Origin: Thermotogota bacterium
Lineage (GTDB): Bacteria; Thermotogota; Thermotogae; Petrotogales; Kosmotogaceae
DNA length: 22,474 nucleotides
Assembly: GCA_034660555.1 (NCBI GenBank)
Contig: JAYEJL010000018.1
Span: 1-22,474, forward strand
Direction of reading: 5' to 3'
In this document: positions 1 through 7,414 of the stretch, piece by piece
Numbering within the stretch: position 1 is the first letter of the stretch
Layout of the letters: every line of letters begins with the position of its first letter
The notes under the pieces: generated by a model
Told to the model about the DNA's origin: nothing
What the model saw: the letters and a program-made list of their open reading frames with translations, nothing else
Database searches by the model: none
Translations under genes and position numbers: made by a program

Positions 1-1
1 C

Positions 2-463
2 ATATACAACAAAGAAGATGTTTTTAAGCAATTATTTTACTCATTGAATAAAAGTGATCAAAAACAGGCGGTGGCACTTCTTGGTATTGAAAATGTTGAC
101 ATAGCAGAACTACCTGTTGAGTACATTTATTACAGATTGGTACTTCCCAGGCTGGAGAATATTGCGGGTACTGAACTAAAGGATCCTGAAGAAACCAACA
201 ATACTATACTCGAGTTGATGCTTTCATTTTATAGTATAGAAAGACTGTTTCCTTACAGTCCTGAATTAGTTCTTGAGAAAGTCAATGAATTTAGTAATGA
301 TTCTCCTGATAAGAATCAATTTGAAGCTTTTTTTAACAACATTCAGTATGGTGATCTTATAGATTTTGTTTTGTTCCTGATGGATAGAAATGAGAAATCT
401 ACCAAAAATTATTCTGAGAATTACGATGAACTTTTAAGAAACTTCAAAGAACTTACAAATTAA
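2..463 (+). CDS. Partial (5'-truncated) hypothetical protein; weak resemblance to the helical C-terminal extension of some patatin-like phospholipases
   Basis: The frame of the listed 44..463 ORF is open back to position 2 (IYNKEDVFKQLFYSL...), so the gene starts before the window. Stop TAA at 461-463. The patatin link is from memory only ('YRLVLPRLE...ILELML...IERLFPYSPELVLEKV'); no catalytic motif lies in the window. Confidence 0.6.
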   Translation: MYNKEDVFKQLFYSLNKSDQKQAVALLGIENVDIAELPVEYIYYRLVLPRLENIAGTELKDPEETNNTILELMLSFYSIERLFPYSPELVLEKVNEFSNDSPDKNQFEAFFNNIQYGDLIDFVLFLMDRNEKSTKNYSENYDELLRNFKELTN

Positions 464-503
464 TTTACAATTGAAGTAAAGCTAAAAAACGGAGGTGCCT
501 ATC

Positions 504-956
504 TTGGACGCTCTAGGAAAACTTTATTCGAGTACGACAATTGTAACCATGAATATTGATGGCAAAATGAATGGAATTGCTGTAGCATGGATAACCCGTG
601 TTTCCGGTGATCCACCAATGGTGACAGTATCAATTGGTAAAACAAGGTATTCACACGAGTTACTTAAAAAAGCAGAACACTTTGGAATTTGCATAATGAA
701 AAAATCAGCAAAAGATGTTGTTGAATTTTTTGGCACTAAAAGCGGTAGAGAGGTAAAAAAGTTTGATGTTTACGATTATTCATTGTCAAAAAACAGAATG
801 CCTATACTTGCAGATTCTGTTGCTTTTATTGAATGTAAAATTAGCAGTACTGCTGATGCCGGTGATCACACGCTGTTTATTGGTGAAATTGTAGATCAAA
901 AACTTTATGAGGATGATGAGCCCATGCTTTATGGTGAGCATGAAATCCTGCAATAA
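504..956 (+). CDS. Flavin reductase family protein (FMN-binding split barrel)
   Basis: Motifs NGIAVAWITRVSGDPP, VSIGKTRYSHELL, FGTKSGR and the hallmark AGDHTLFIGEI. RBS GGAGG at 491-495 favours TTG 504 over GTG 495. Confidence 0.9.
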   Translation: MDALGKLYSSTTIVTMNIDGKMNGIAVAWITRVSGDPPMVTVSIGKTRYSHELLKKAEHFGICIMKKSAKDVVEFFGTKSGREVKKFDVYDYSLSKNRMPILADSVAFIECKISSTADAGDHTLFIGEIVDQKLYEDDEPMLYGEHEILQ

Positions 957-973
957 TCAGGGGGGATCATTGA

Positions 974-2028
974 ATGTCAAAGGTATATTTTACAAACATG
1001 GGTACAGAACCGGAACTGGGATTACTGCAAAAAATTGGGTTATTGCTAAATAAAGTACAACTGAATGAAATTGTTGAAAAGGATAAATTTATAGCTATAA
1101 AGGTACATTTTGGAGAGTACGGGAATGTAAACTTTGTCAGACACAACTACGCAAGGGTTATAGTAGATATGATAAAAAAGCTGGGCGGCAAACCCTATGT
1201 AACTGACGCAAACACGCTTTATCACGGCAGTAGATTAAATGCTATTGATCATATTGAAACTGCTATTGCCAGTAGTTTTACATATGAAACACTTGGGGCT
1301 CCTGTAATTATTGCAGATGGTTTAAGGGGTTCTGATCAAGTTGAGGTTGATATCGAAGGAGATTACATAGAAAAAGCAAAAGTATCTTCAGGAATAGCGT
1401 TGGCTGATTCTATTGTGGTTTTATCACATTTCAAAGGGCATGAATTTACAAGTTTTGGTGGTGCCATAAAAAATATTGGAATGGGTAGTGCTGCTAGAGC
1501 TGGAAAAATGGAACAACACTCAGATTCAAAACCGATAGTAAATGAAGAAAATTGTGTTGCATGTATGATGTGTGAAAGGCACTGTCCAACTGGAGCAATA
1601 ACCGTGGATGAATAGATTACAATGTCTGTATTGGTTGCGGAGAATGTATTACTATGTGCAATTATAATGCAATGCATCCTAAGTGGGATAGTTCTGGAGA
1701 AATCGCCAGTAAAAAAATTGTAGAATACGCAAAAGCTGCGCTTTCAGGTAAAAAAGCTGTTTTTGTTTCATTAATTAATAATGTTACACCGAATTGTGAT
1801 TGCTACTTCATAAATGAACCGCCTGTTGCTCCAGATATTGGAATTGTAGCGAGTACTGACCCAGTGAGCATTGATAAAGAATGTATAGATCTGGTGATAG
1901 ATAAAGTGGGTTATGATCCGTTTCATAAAGTACATCCCAATGTTAACTGGAAAACACAGCTTAAACATGCTGAAAAAATTGGATTGGGCGAGCAAAACTA
2001 TGAACTGGTTGAAGTGGCTATGCTATAG
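974..2028 (+). pseudogene. DUF362 / uncharacterised Fe-S centre protein with a 2x[4Fe-4S] ferredoxin domain, split by a frameshift at about 1610-1614
   Basis: The 5' part has KVHFGE, HFKGH..FGGAIKNIGMG and CVACMMCERHCP, then stops at TAG 1613-1615. The frame of the 1654 ORF is open from 1612 and reads IDYNVCIGCGECITMC (second cluster motif), then TPNCDC and PDIGIVASTDPV. The two listed ORFs are halves of one gene. Confidence 0.85.
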
Positions 2029-2048
2029 AAATAAACGATATACAGGAT

Positions 2049-3047
2049 CTATTTAAATAGTCTTCGAATATTCTGTGTTTTACCTAATTTACACAATAAT
2101 GTACCGTTTCCAGAATGAACATAAACAGAAGATTCTATATCTGAAATGCCAATTATCTGATCTGTTTCATTTATCAAAAGTGAGTTTTTAACATTGTTGG
2201 TTTCAAAAGAACCTTTGATCACATTACCGTTATCATCGGGATCGTTTATTTCATATATAGAATCCCAGCATCCAACATCGTTCCAGTAAAAGTTACTTTC
2301 AACAACGACAATACCGGCTGATTTCTCCATCAAACCATTATCTATAGAAACTTTAGGGAATGACCGATAAACATTTTCTTTTGATGAAGGATTATGGGTG
2401 ATTTTATTGATTCCATCATGAATATTCTTCAAGTAACGAGCTAATTTGTTTGTAAATACACTTTTTTTCCACACGAACATGCCTGAGTTCCAGTAAAAGC
2501 GTTTTGAAGCAAGGTATTCAGTAGCTGTTTTTCTATCCGGTTTTTCATGAAACCTGTTAACCATATAGCTAATGTCATCAACGGATGAGCCTCTTTCAAT
2601 ATATCCATAACCTGTATGAGCAGATTTTGGAACAATACCAATAGTTATGAGAAAATCCTTTGATTTAGCCAGTTCAACTGCATGTTTCATGGTTTTCAGG
2701 TAACTAGCTTCATTTTTTATCACATGATCAGCAGGAACAACGATCATTATGTCATCATCATCGAAATAAATACTACCCAGTGCTATTGCAGGGGCAGTAT
2801 CTCTTACAAAGGGTTCAGTAATTATTTTTTCCATTGTTATTTTTGGAAGATATTGTTTGAACAATGGTAGTTGTTTAACGGTGGTTACAATAAGAAAATC
2901 ATCTGCGATTTTCGATAAACGATTTATGGTTTCTTCAATTAAAGAAGTATCTGTGTTGAAACTGTGAAAATGTTTAGGTTTTTTCTTTGTGCTTAAAGGC
3001 CATAAACGTTCACCTATACCGCCGGCCATAATTAGAGCTTTGATCAT
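2049..3047 (-). CDS. manC: Mannose-1-phosphate guanylyltransferase family (monofunctional, no PMI cupin domain)
   Basis: IMAGGIGERLWPLS..KPK, TAPAI, PADHVI, TGYGYI, FHEKP, WNSGMF, WNDVG.W. Overlaps the nadE-like stop by 4 bp. Confidence 0.85.
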   Translation of the reverse strand: MIKALIMAGGIGERLWPLSTKKKPKHFHSFNTDTSLIEETINRLSKIADDFLIVTTVKQLPLFKQYLPKITMEKIITEPFVRDTAPAIALGSIYFDDDDIMIVVPADHVIKNEASYLKTMKHAVELAKSKDFLITIGIVPKSAHTGYGYIERGSSVDDISYMVNRFHEKPDRKTATEYLASKRFYWNSGMFVWKKSVFTNKLARYLKNIHDGINKITHNPSSKENVYRSFPKVSIDNGLMEKSAGIVVVESNFYWNDVGCWDSIYEINDPDDNGNVIKGSFETNNVKNSLLINETDQIIGISDIESSVYVHSGNGTLLCKLGKTQNIRRLFK

Positions 3048-3949
3048 AATAAATTTCCCTTCAGCGGTTTTTTGGTATAATTTTCTGGAGAAAACCGCTC
3101 AATTTGCCTCCATTTTCCAGCTTCCATTAATTTTTTTACTCTTTCTATATCCGAATTCCTTTCATCTCTTAGATTTTCGTTGTTTTCTATTTTCATAAGT
3201 ATTCTATCAAGAATAGAGTAAGGAAGTTTTAAAACATCTTTATCACTAATTCCAGGTATTAAGTCAGGTGAAGGGGCTTTATTTGTAATATATTGTGGTA
3301 TTTCTAATTCTTTGGCTAATTTACTGATTTCTGTTTTGTATAATCCTATAATTGGTTCAATATCAACAGCGGTATCCCCCCATTTAACATATAACCCAGT
3401 CAAATATTCAGTTTTATTCGTGCACCCTACCACAGCATATCCCTTTTTATCAGCTTCAAGGTATAGTTGACACATACGCACTCTGTGTTTTGCACGATAA
3501 TATGCTAAACTTTTTTGAAATAGCTCTGTGCCTTTATTTTCAAGATCACTTAAGTAAATATCATCTTTTGAAATAGTTTCCCATTTGTTCTTTACGTATG
3601 ACTTAATAATTTTATTTGGAAGCAATCTGTATAGCCACATAAAAGGAGGACCAAGTGGTTGAAGGTTATATATACCTAACTTCTTTAGTATACCTGTAAT
3701 ATCTTTAATATGATACAAAATGCCAAGATCTTCACAAAATGTTTTAGCATCTTTAACTGATTGTCGTGATGAATCTCTTTCAGGTAGAAGTAAACCGAAA
3801 ACTCTTTTTGGACCAAGGGCTTCGGAACAGAGAGAAGCAGTAACTGCAGAATCAACACCACCGCTTATTCCAATTATAACTCCATTGAATGAAAAATCAT
3901 TGATTATTCTTACCAGGAAATTAATTATCGTTTCTCTATTACCATTCAT
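3044..3949 (-). CDS. nadE: NH3-dependent NAD+ synthetase-like protein (single-domain NadE family, divergent)
   Basis: PP-loop GISGGVDS, R.RM..LY, G..NKTE...G...KWGD, LYKTE, KAPSPDL. No glutaminase domain. Family assignment is strong; NAD synthetase activity is uncertain. Confidence 0.75.
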   Translation of the reverse strand: MNGNRETIINFLVRIINDFSFNGVIIGISGGVDSAVTASLCSEALGPKRVFGLLLPERDSSRQSVKDAKTFCEDLGILYHIKDITGILKKLGIYNLQPLGPPFMWLYRLLPNKIIKSYVKNKWETISKDDIYLSDLENKGTELFQKSLAYYRAKHRVRMCQLYLEADKKGYAVVGCTNKTEYLTGLYVKWGDTAVDIEPIIGLYKTEISKLAKELEIPQYITNKAPSPDLIPGISDKDVLKLPYSILDRILMKIENNENLRDERNSDIERVKKLMEAGKWRQIERFSPENYTKKPLKGNLL

Positions 3950-3985
3950 ATAACTATTATCTCATCTATAAAACTATAAACAAAA

Positions 3986-5503
3986 TCACTTATCAGTTCT
4001 GTTTTGACTTCTTTTTAATGCGGAGATACCCTTTGTTAGAATAACTTTTAGAATATCTCTCGAACTAAAGAATAAGAAGATTGCAAATCCTGCATTTACA
4101 ATTATTAGATAATAATATGGCGAGGGTAATATTTTCAACAGTAACGTAATAAAGACTAGTATAAAAGATATCATAAGTAGTGTTAAGATACGTTTCCACG
4201 GAATATATGAAATGCCTTCTTTTTTCACCAGCCTGGAAAGGACCATGGCGTTAATAAACACAACTAAAGAAGTGGCTGCAGTGATTCCTCCCACACCGAA
4301 GGGTTTAATTAAAAGCCAATCAAAAAGTATGTTACTGCCAACCGACAACAAAGCAATATAAATTGCTATCCTTACTTTACCCTGTATATAAAAGTAATTG
4401 CTGGCGAGCCCGGATATTGGCGAAATGACAATTGTTGCACTATAACCTATTAATGCGATTTGTACAATTATTGTTGATTTCCCGGTAAATTCACCATGTT
4501 CATAAATAAATTTGATCAAAGGTCTTGACATAACAGTAAGCCAGACAACAAGGGGTATAGACATTCTCATTATGGTGTCCAGTGTTTTCTTCATTCGATT
4601 CTGCACCTGTGTGAACTTTTCCTTTGAAATTAATTCTGACATTTCTGTGTGTGTGGTCATCATTAATCCAGTAATAAAAACACTAGAAACAATGCTTAAC
4701 AATGTTGTGGCATATTGCATACCGGCAATCCGTCCTGAAGGTAGCATAGAGACAAATGCTTTGTCCACAATTTTGTTTATATTTCCCAGACTACTGGACA
4801 AAAAGAGTGATGAAGCCAGTATAAATGTAATACGCACTTCTTTACTTAATATAAATTTGGTTGGTTTTATCAGATCTTTCGATGAGAGTAGCATTGTAAT
4901 AACAACAGCAGCGTTACCGAGAATCCACGCAAGAATATAGGATGCTTCACTGAAATAGGGTGCGGTGAAGTAGATTATGGGTATTGCAAATAAATTAAAA
5001 ACAATCTGTGATGCTGCAAACTTAAAAAATCTTCTTTCTGCTCGAAGCAGTGCTGCGAATAAAGATTCTAACCCGGTAATAAGAGGAAGAATGCTGAGAT
5101 AGTTAAGTTTACGCGCTGCATAGTTCAATATCTCTTCATTAAAACCAGGCGCAAAAAGTTTAACAAAACTTTCTGAGAAAATGAGAAGCAATAAACCAAA
5201 TGTAATATAGATAACTGCAGTTACCGAAAAGACCCCCCAAACATATTCAGGGGCTTTCTCGGGATTGTTATCTCTTGTTTTTATGTAACGGGCTATAAAT
5301 ATTGTTGCTAAACCTCCAGAAATAATACCTGTTATGACGGTAGAAGGTGTAAGAGCAATTATGACTGCGTCAAGTCTCCATGAAGTGCCAAAAAGGTTGG
5401 CAAGCAAGACTTCCCTGAAAAAGCCAAGAATTTTAGACATTATTGTGAAGACTGTTATTAAAACTGCGCCGGCAGCAACCGACCTGCCAATCATTTTATT
5501 CAA
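3986..5503 (-). CDS. murJ: MurJ/MviN family lipid II (MOP superfamily) flippase
   Basis: SKILGFFREVLLANLFG N-terminal signature, LFAPGF, IVDKAFVS, IYEHGEFT, many hydrophobic segments. TTG start with GGGGG RBS at 5510-5514 on the minus strand. Confidence 0.88.
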   Translation of the reverse strand: MNKMIGRSVAAGAVLITVFTIMSKILGFFREVLLANLFGTSWRLDAVIIALTPSTVITGIISGGLATIFIARYIKTRDNNPEKAPEYVWGVFSVTAVIYITFGLLLLIFSESFVKLFAPGFNEEILNYAARKLNYLSILPLITGLESLFAALLRAERRFFKFAASQIVFNLFAIPIIYFTAPYFSEASYILAWILGNAAVVITMLLSSKDLIKPTKFILSKEVRITFILASSLFLSSSLGNINKIVDKAFVSMLPSGRIAGMQYATTLLSIVSSVFITGLMMTTHTEMSELISKEKFTQVQNRMKKTLDTIMRMSIPLVVWLTVMSRPLIKFIYEHGEFTGKSTIIVQIALIGYSATIVISPISGLASNYFYIQGKVRIAIYIALLSVGSNILFDWLLIKPFGVGGITAATSLVVFINAMVLSRLVKKEGISYIPWKRILTLLMISFILVFITLLLKILPSPYYYLIIVNAGFAIFLFFSSRDILKVILTKGISALKRSQNRTDK

Positions 5504-5537
5504 TAGTTACCCCCAACAATAATTTATCAGAGTGCTA

Positions 5538-5575
5538 TCAAAGATATTTTAGCATTTTAGATTTGTTATCTTTGA
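5538..5575. promoter_or_regulatory. 9-bp perfect inverted repeat in the murJ / reductase divergent promoter region
   Basis: TCAAAGATA (5538-5546) - 20 nt - TATCTTTGA (5567-5575). ATTTTAG occurs twice at 5546-5552 and 5554-5560. Confidence 0.35.
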
Positions 5576-5614
5576 CGATCTATGTTTTATACTATCAACA
5601 AGGGGGCATATTTT

Positions 5615-6922
5615 ATGAAAAATTATAATTTTGCAATAGCCGGGGCTGGTCCTGCTGGCATAGCACTTGCATTAAAAGCTATATCTAAGGGGCTTAAGGT
5701 TATGCTTGTAGATGTTAAAGCCAGAGATGAACTCGGATATGACTGGGCTAATTCTATCGACGAAAAGGTTCTTATGAATGACCTTATTGGGTACAAGAAG
5801 TCAGAAGAAGTAACCAGACCGATGGGGCTTAAAGTAATCTCCCCTAAATTTTCTAAAGAATTTCGGATAGAATACGGATATAAAATAATAGACCGTAGAT
5901 CTTTAATGAAAAGGCTGATCTCAAAAGCTGAAGTTTCTGGTGTTGATGTATTCTTGAAAGCAAACAGTGTTCGCCCTTTGCTGAGTGAAGAAATGCATTG
6001 TCAGGGTTTAGCCTTTAAACAGGGAGAAAAAGACTTCAAAATAAAAGCTGAACTTGTTGCTGATTGCACAGGAATTTCTGGTGCCATAAAATCACTTGTA
6101 CCTTTCAAAGAAATGAACATACCTTTGAGAAAAACCGACACTTCAACGGCATATAGAGAAATAAGAAAATGGTCAGGTAAAAACGATGCCGTTGAAAAGA
6201 ATTGGGTAACCTTTGTATATGGTGTTAACGGAGGTTTTAGCTGGATCGTTCCTGAAACTGATGAAAGAATTGATGTTGGATACGGCATACAAAATGGAAA
6301 AAATTATCCTTCACCGGAGACGCTGGTTAGACAAACGGTCAATAAATTGGGACTGAAGGATTATATAAAAGGTGGCGGTGGCAAAATTCCCATTTGTTCC
6401 TCTCCTCCGATTCTATACATGAGTAGACTGCTTCTTATTGGGGATAGTGCTCGTCAAACAATACCAACCTGTGGTTATGGCACAGGAAATGCAATGCAAG
6501 CTGGTTTTTTGGCTGGAGAGTGCGTGGCAAAATCAAATTTATCGCCCGATGAAAGGGGAAGACTCTATGAAGAGAGATATTTCAAAGAAAGAGGGGCAGA
6601 TCTTGGTTATTTAGATATACTGAGAAGGAAATTACAATCCTATACGCCTGAAAATATTGACTGGTTGATGAAGAAAAATATCATTGGGCATGAAGACCTC
6701 TATTCTTCTATAAATGGAATATATAATAAACCTACATTTTCGTCATCCGTCGGAAAATTGATGAAAGGTATAACAAATATTGGGCTTATTATGGACCTAA
6801 AAGAAGCAATAGATAAAGCTGAAAAGTTTAGAAATAAGCTACTTACTATTTCTAAGAAAAAAGAAGATTTTCAAGAATGGATGACTGATTACTTTGACAT
6901 ATTATCGGAAGTAAATTATTAA
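5615..6922 (+). CDS. FAD-dependent oxidoreductase, geranylgeranyl reductase (GGR/DGGGPL reductase) family
   Basis: Rossmann IAGAGPAG, IIDR, VADCTG, GGFSWIVP....IDVGYG (YxWxFP-like), IGDSA.Q..P..G.G. RBS AGGGGG at 5601-5606 supports ATG 5615. Confidence 0.8.
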   Translation: MKNYNFAIAGAGPAGIALALKAISKGLKVMLVDVKARDELGYDWANSIDEKVLMNDLIGYKKSEEVTRPMGLKVISPKFSKEFRIEYGYKIIDRRSLMKRLISKAEVSGVDVFLKANSVRPLLSEEMHCQGLAFKQGEKDFKIKAELVADCTGISGAIKSLVPFKEMNIPLRKTDTSTAYREIRKWSGKNDAVEKNWVTFVYGVNGGFSWIVPETDERIDVGYGIQNGKNYPSPETLVRQTVNKLGLKDYIKGGGGKIPICSSPPILYMSRLLLIGDSARQTIPTCGYGTGNAMQAGFLAGECVAKSNLSPDERGRLYEERYFKERGADLGYLDILRRKLQSYTPENIDWLMKKNIIGHEDLYSSINGIYNKPTFSSSVGKLMKGITNIGLIMDLKEAIDKAEKFRNKLLTISKKKEDFQEWMTDYFDILSEVNY

Positions 6923-6947
6923 AAAAAGGCACCCTTTTGGGTGCCTT
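6921..6947 (-). terminator. Rho-independent terminator of the cold-shock gene (may also serve the convergent reductase)
   Basis: AAGGCACCC-TTTT-GGGTGCCTT perfect stem (6926-6947). The A7 run at 6921-6927 gives a U-tract on the minus strand. Confidence 0.85.
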
Positions 6948-6962
6948 CATCATCTATTGGGG

Positions 6963-7160
6963 TTACATTGGTTTTACTTCTACTGCTTGAGGTCCTTTTT
7001 CGCTCTGTTCAATCTCGAATTCTACTCTCTGTCCTTCTTCAAGCGTCTTAAAACCTTCCATATCGATCGCTGAATAGTGAACAAAAACGTCTTCTCCATC
7101 ATCCTTGGTTATGAAACCGTAACCCTTTTTGTTGTTGAACCATTTTACTGTTCCTATCAT
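6963..7160 (-). CDS. csp: Cold-shock protein (CspA family)
   Basis: GTVKWFN..KGYGFI (RNP1), DVFVHYSAI (RNP2), [30 protein letters not shown] precedes ATG 7160. Confidence 0.97.
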   Translation of the reverse strand: MIGTVKWFNNKKGYGFITKDDGEDVFVHYSAIDMEGFKTLEEGQRVEFEIEQSEKGPQAVEVKPM

Positions 7161-7234
7161 TACTTTTTTCCTCCTCATTTGTTACCTTGCTTCACATGCA
7201 AAGCTCTTATTTCTGTCCTCGTGGGACAATTTAA

Positions 7235-7263
7235 ACTATAACAAATGAAGGTATAAAAGTCAA
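7235..7263 (-). promoter_or_regulatory. Sigma70-type promoter of csp
   Basis: Minus strand TTGACT (7263-7258) - 17 nt - TATAGT (7240-7235), with extended -10 TG. Confidence 0.8.
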
Positions 7264-7320
7264 ACCATTAACTGATTTCTAAAGAAAACATCGTTATTTT
7301 GGACAGACTATTCAAAAAAA

Positions 7321-7360
7321 TTGCATGAGAATATTCATTTATGATAAAATAGTTTATCAT
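7321..7360 (+). promoter_or_regulatory. Putative promoter of the dpp operon overlapped by a palindromic operator
   Basis: TTGCAT (7321-7326) - 18 nt - TAAAAT (7345-7350) with extended -10 TG. Palindrome ATGATAAA-ATAG-TTTATCAT at 7341-7360. Confidence 0.55.
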
Positions 7361-7414
7361 TATATCAAGTCAAATCCATTTATAGTGAACCAGACCTTAA
7401 AAGGGGGGATTAGA

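Noticed and set aside
1600..1660. Programmed -1 frameshift or stop-codon recoding in the DUF362 gene
   Set aside because: No X XXY YYZ slippery site or clear stimulatory stem, and reading through TAG 1613 would not enter the frame holding the second Cys motif.
5572..5593. TTGACG ... TATACT as promoter of the reductase
   Set aside because: The spacer is only 10 nt, so the two hexamers cannot form one sigma70 promoter.
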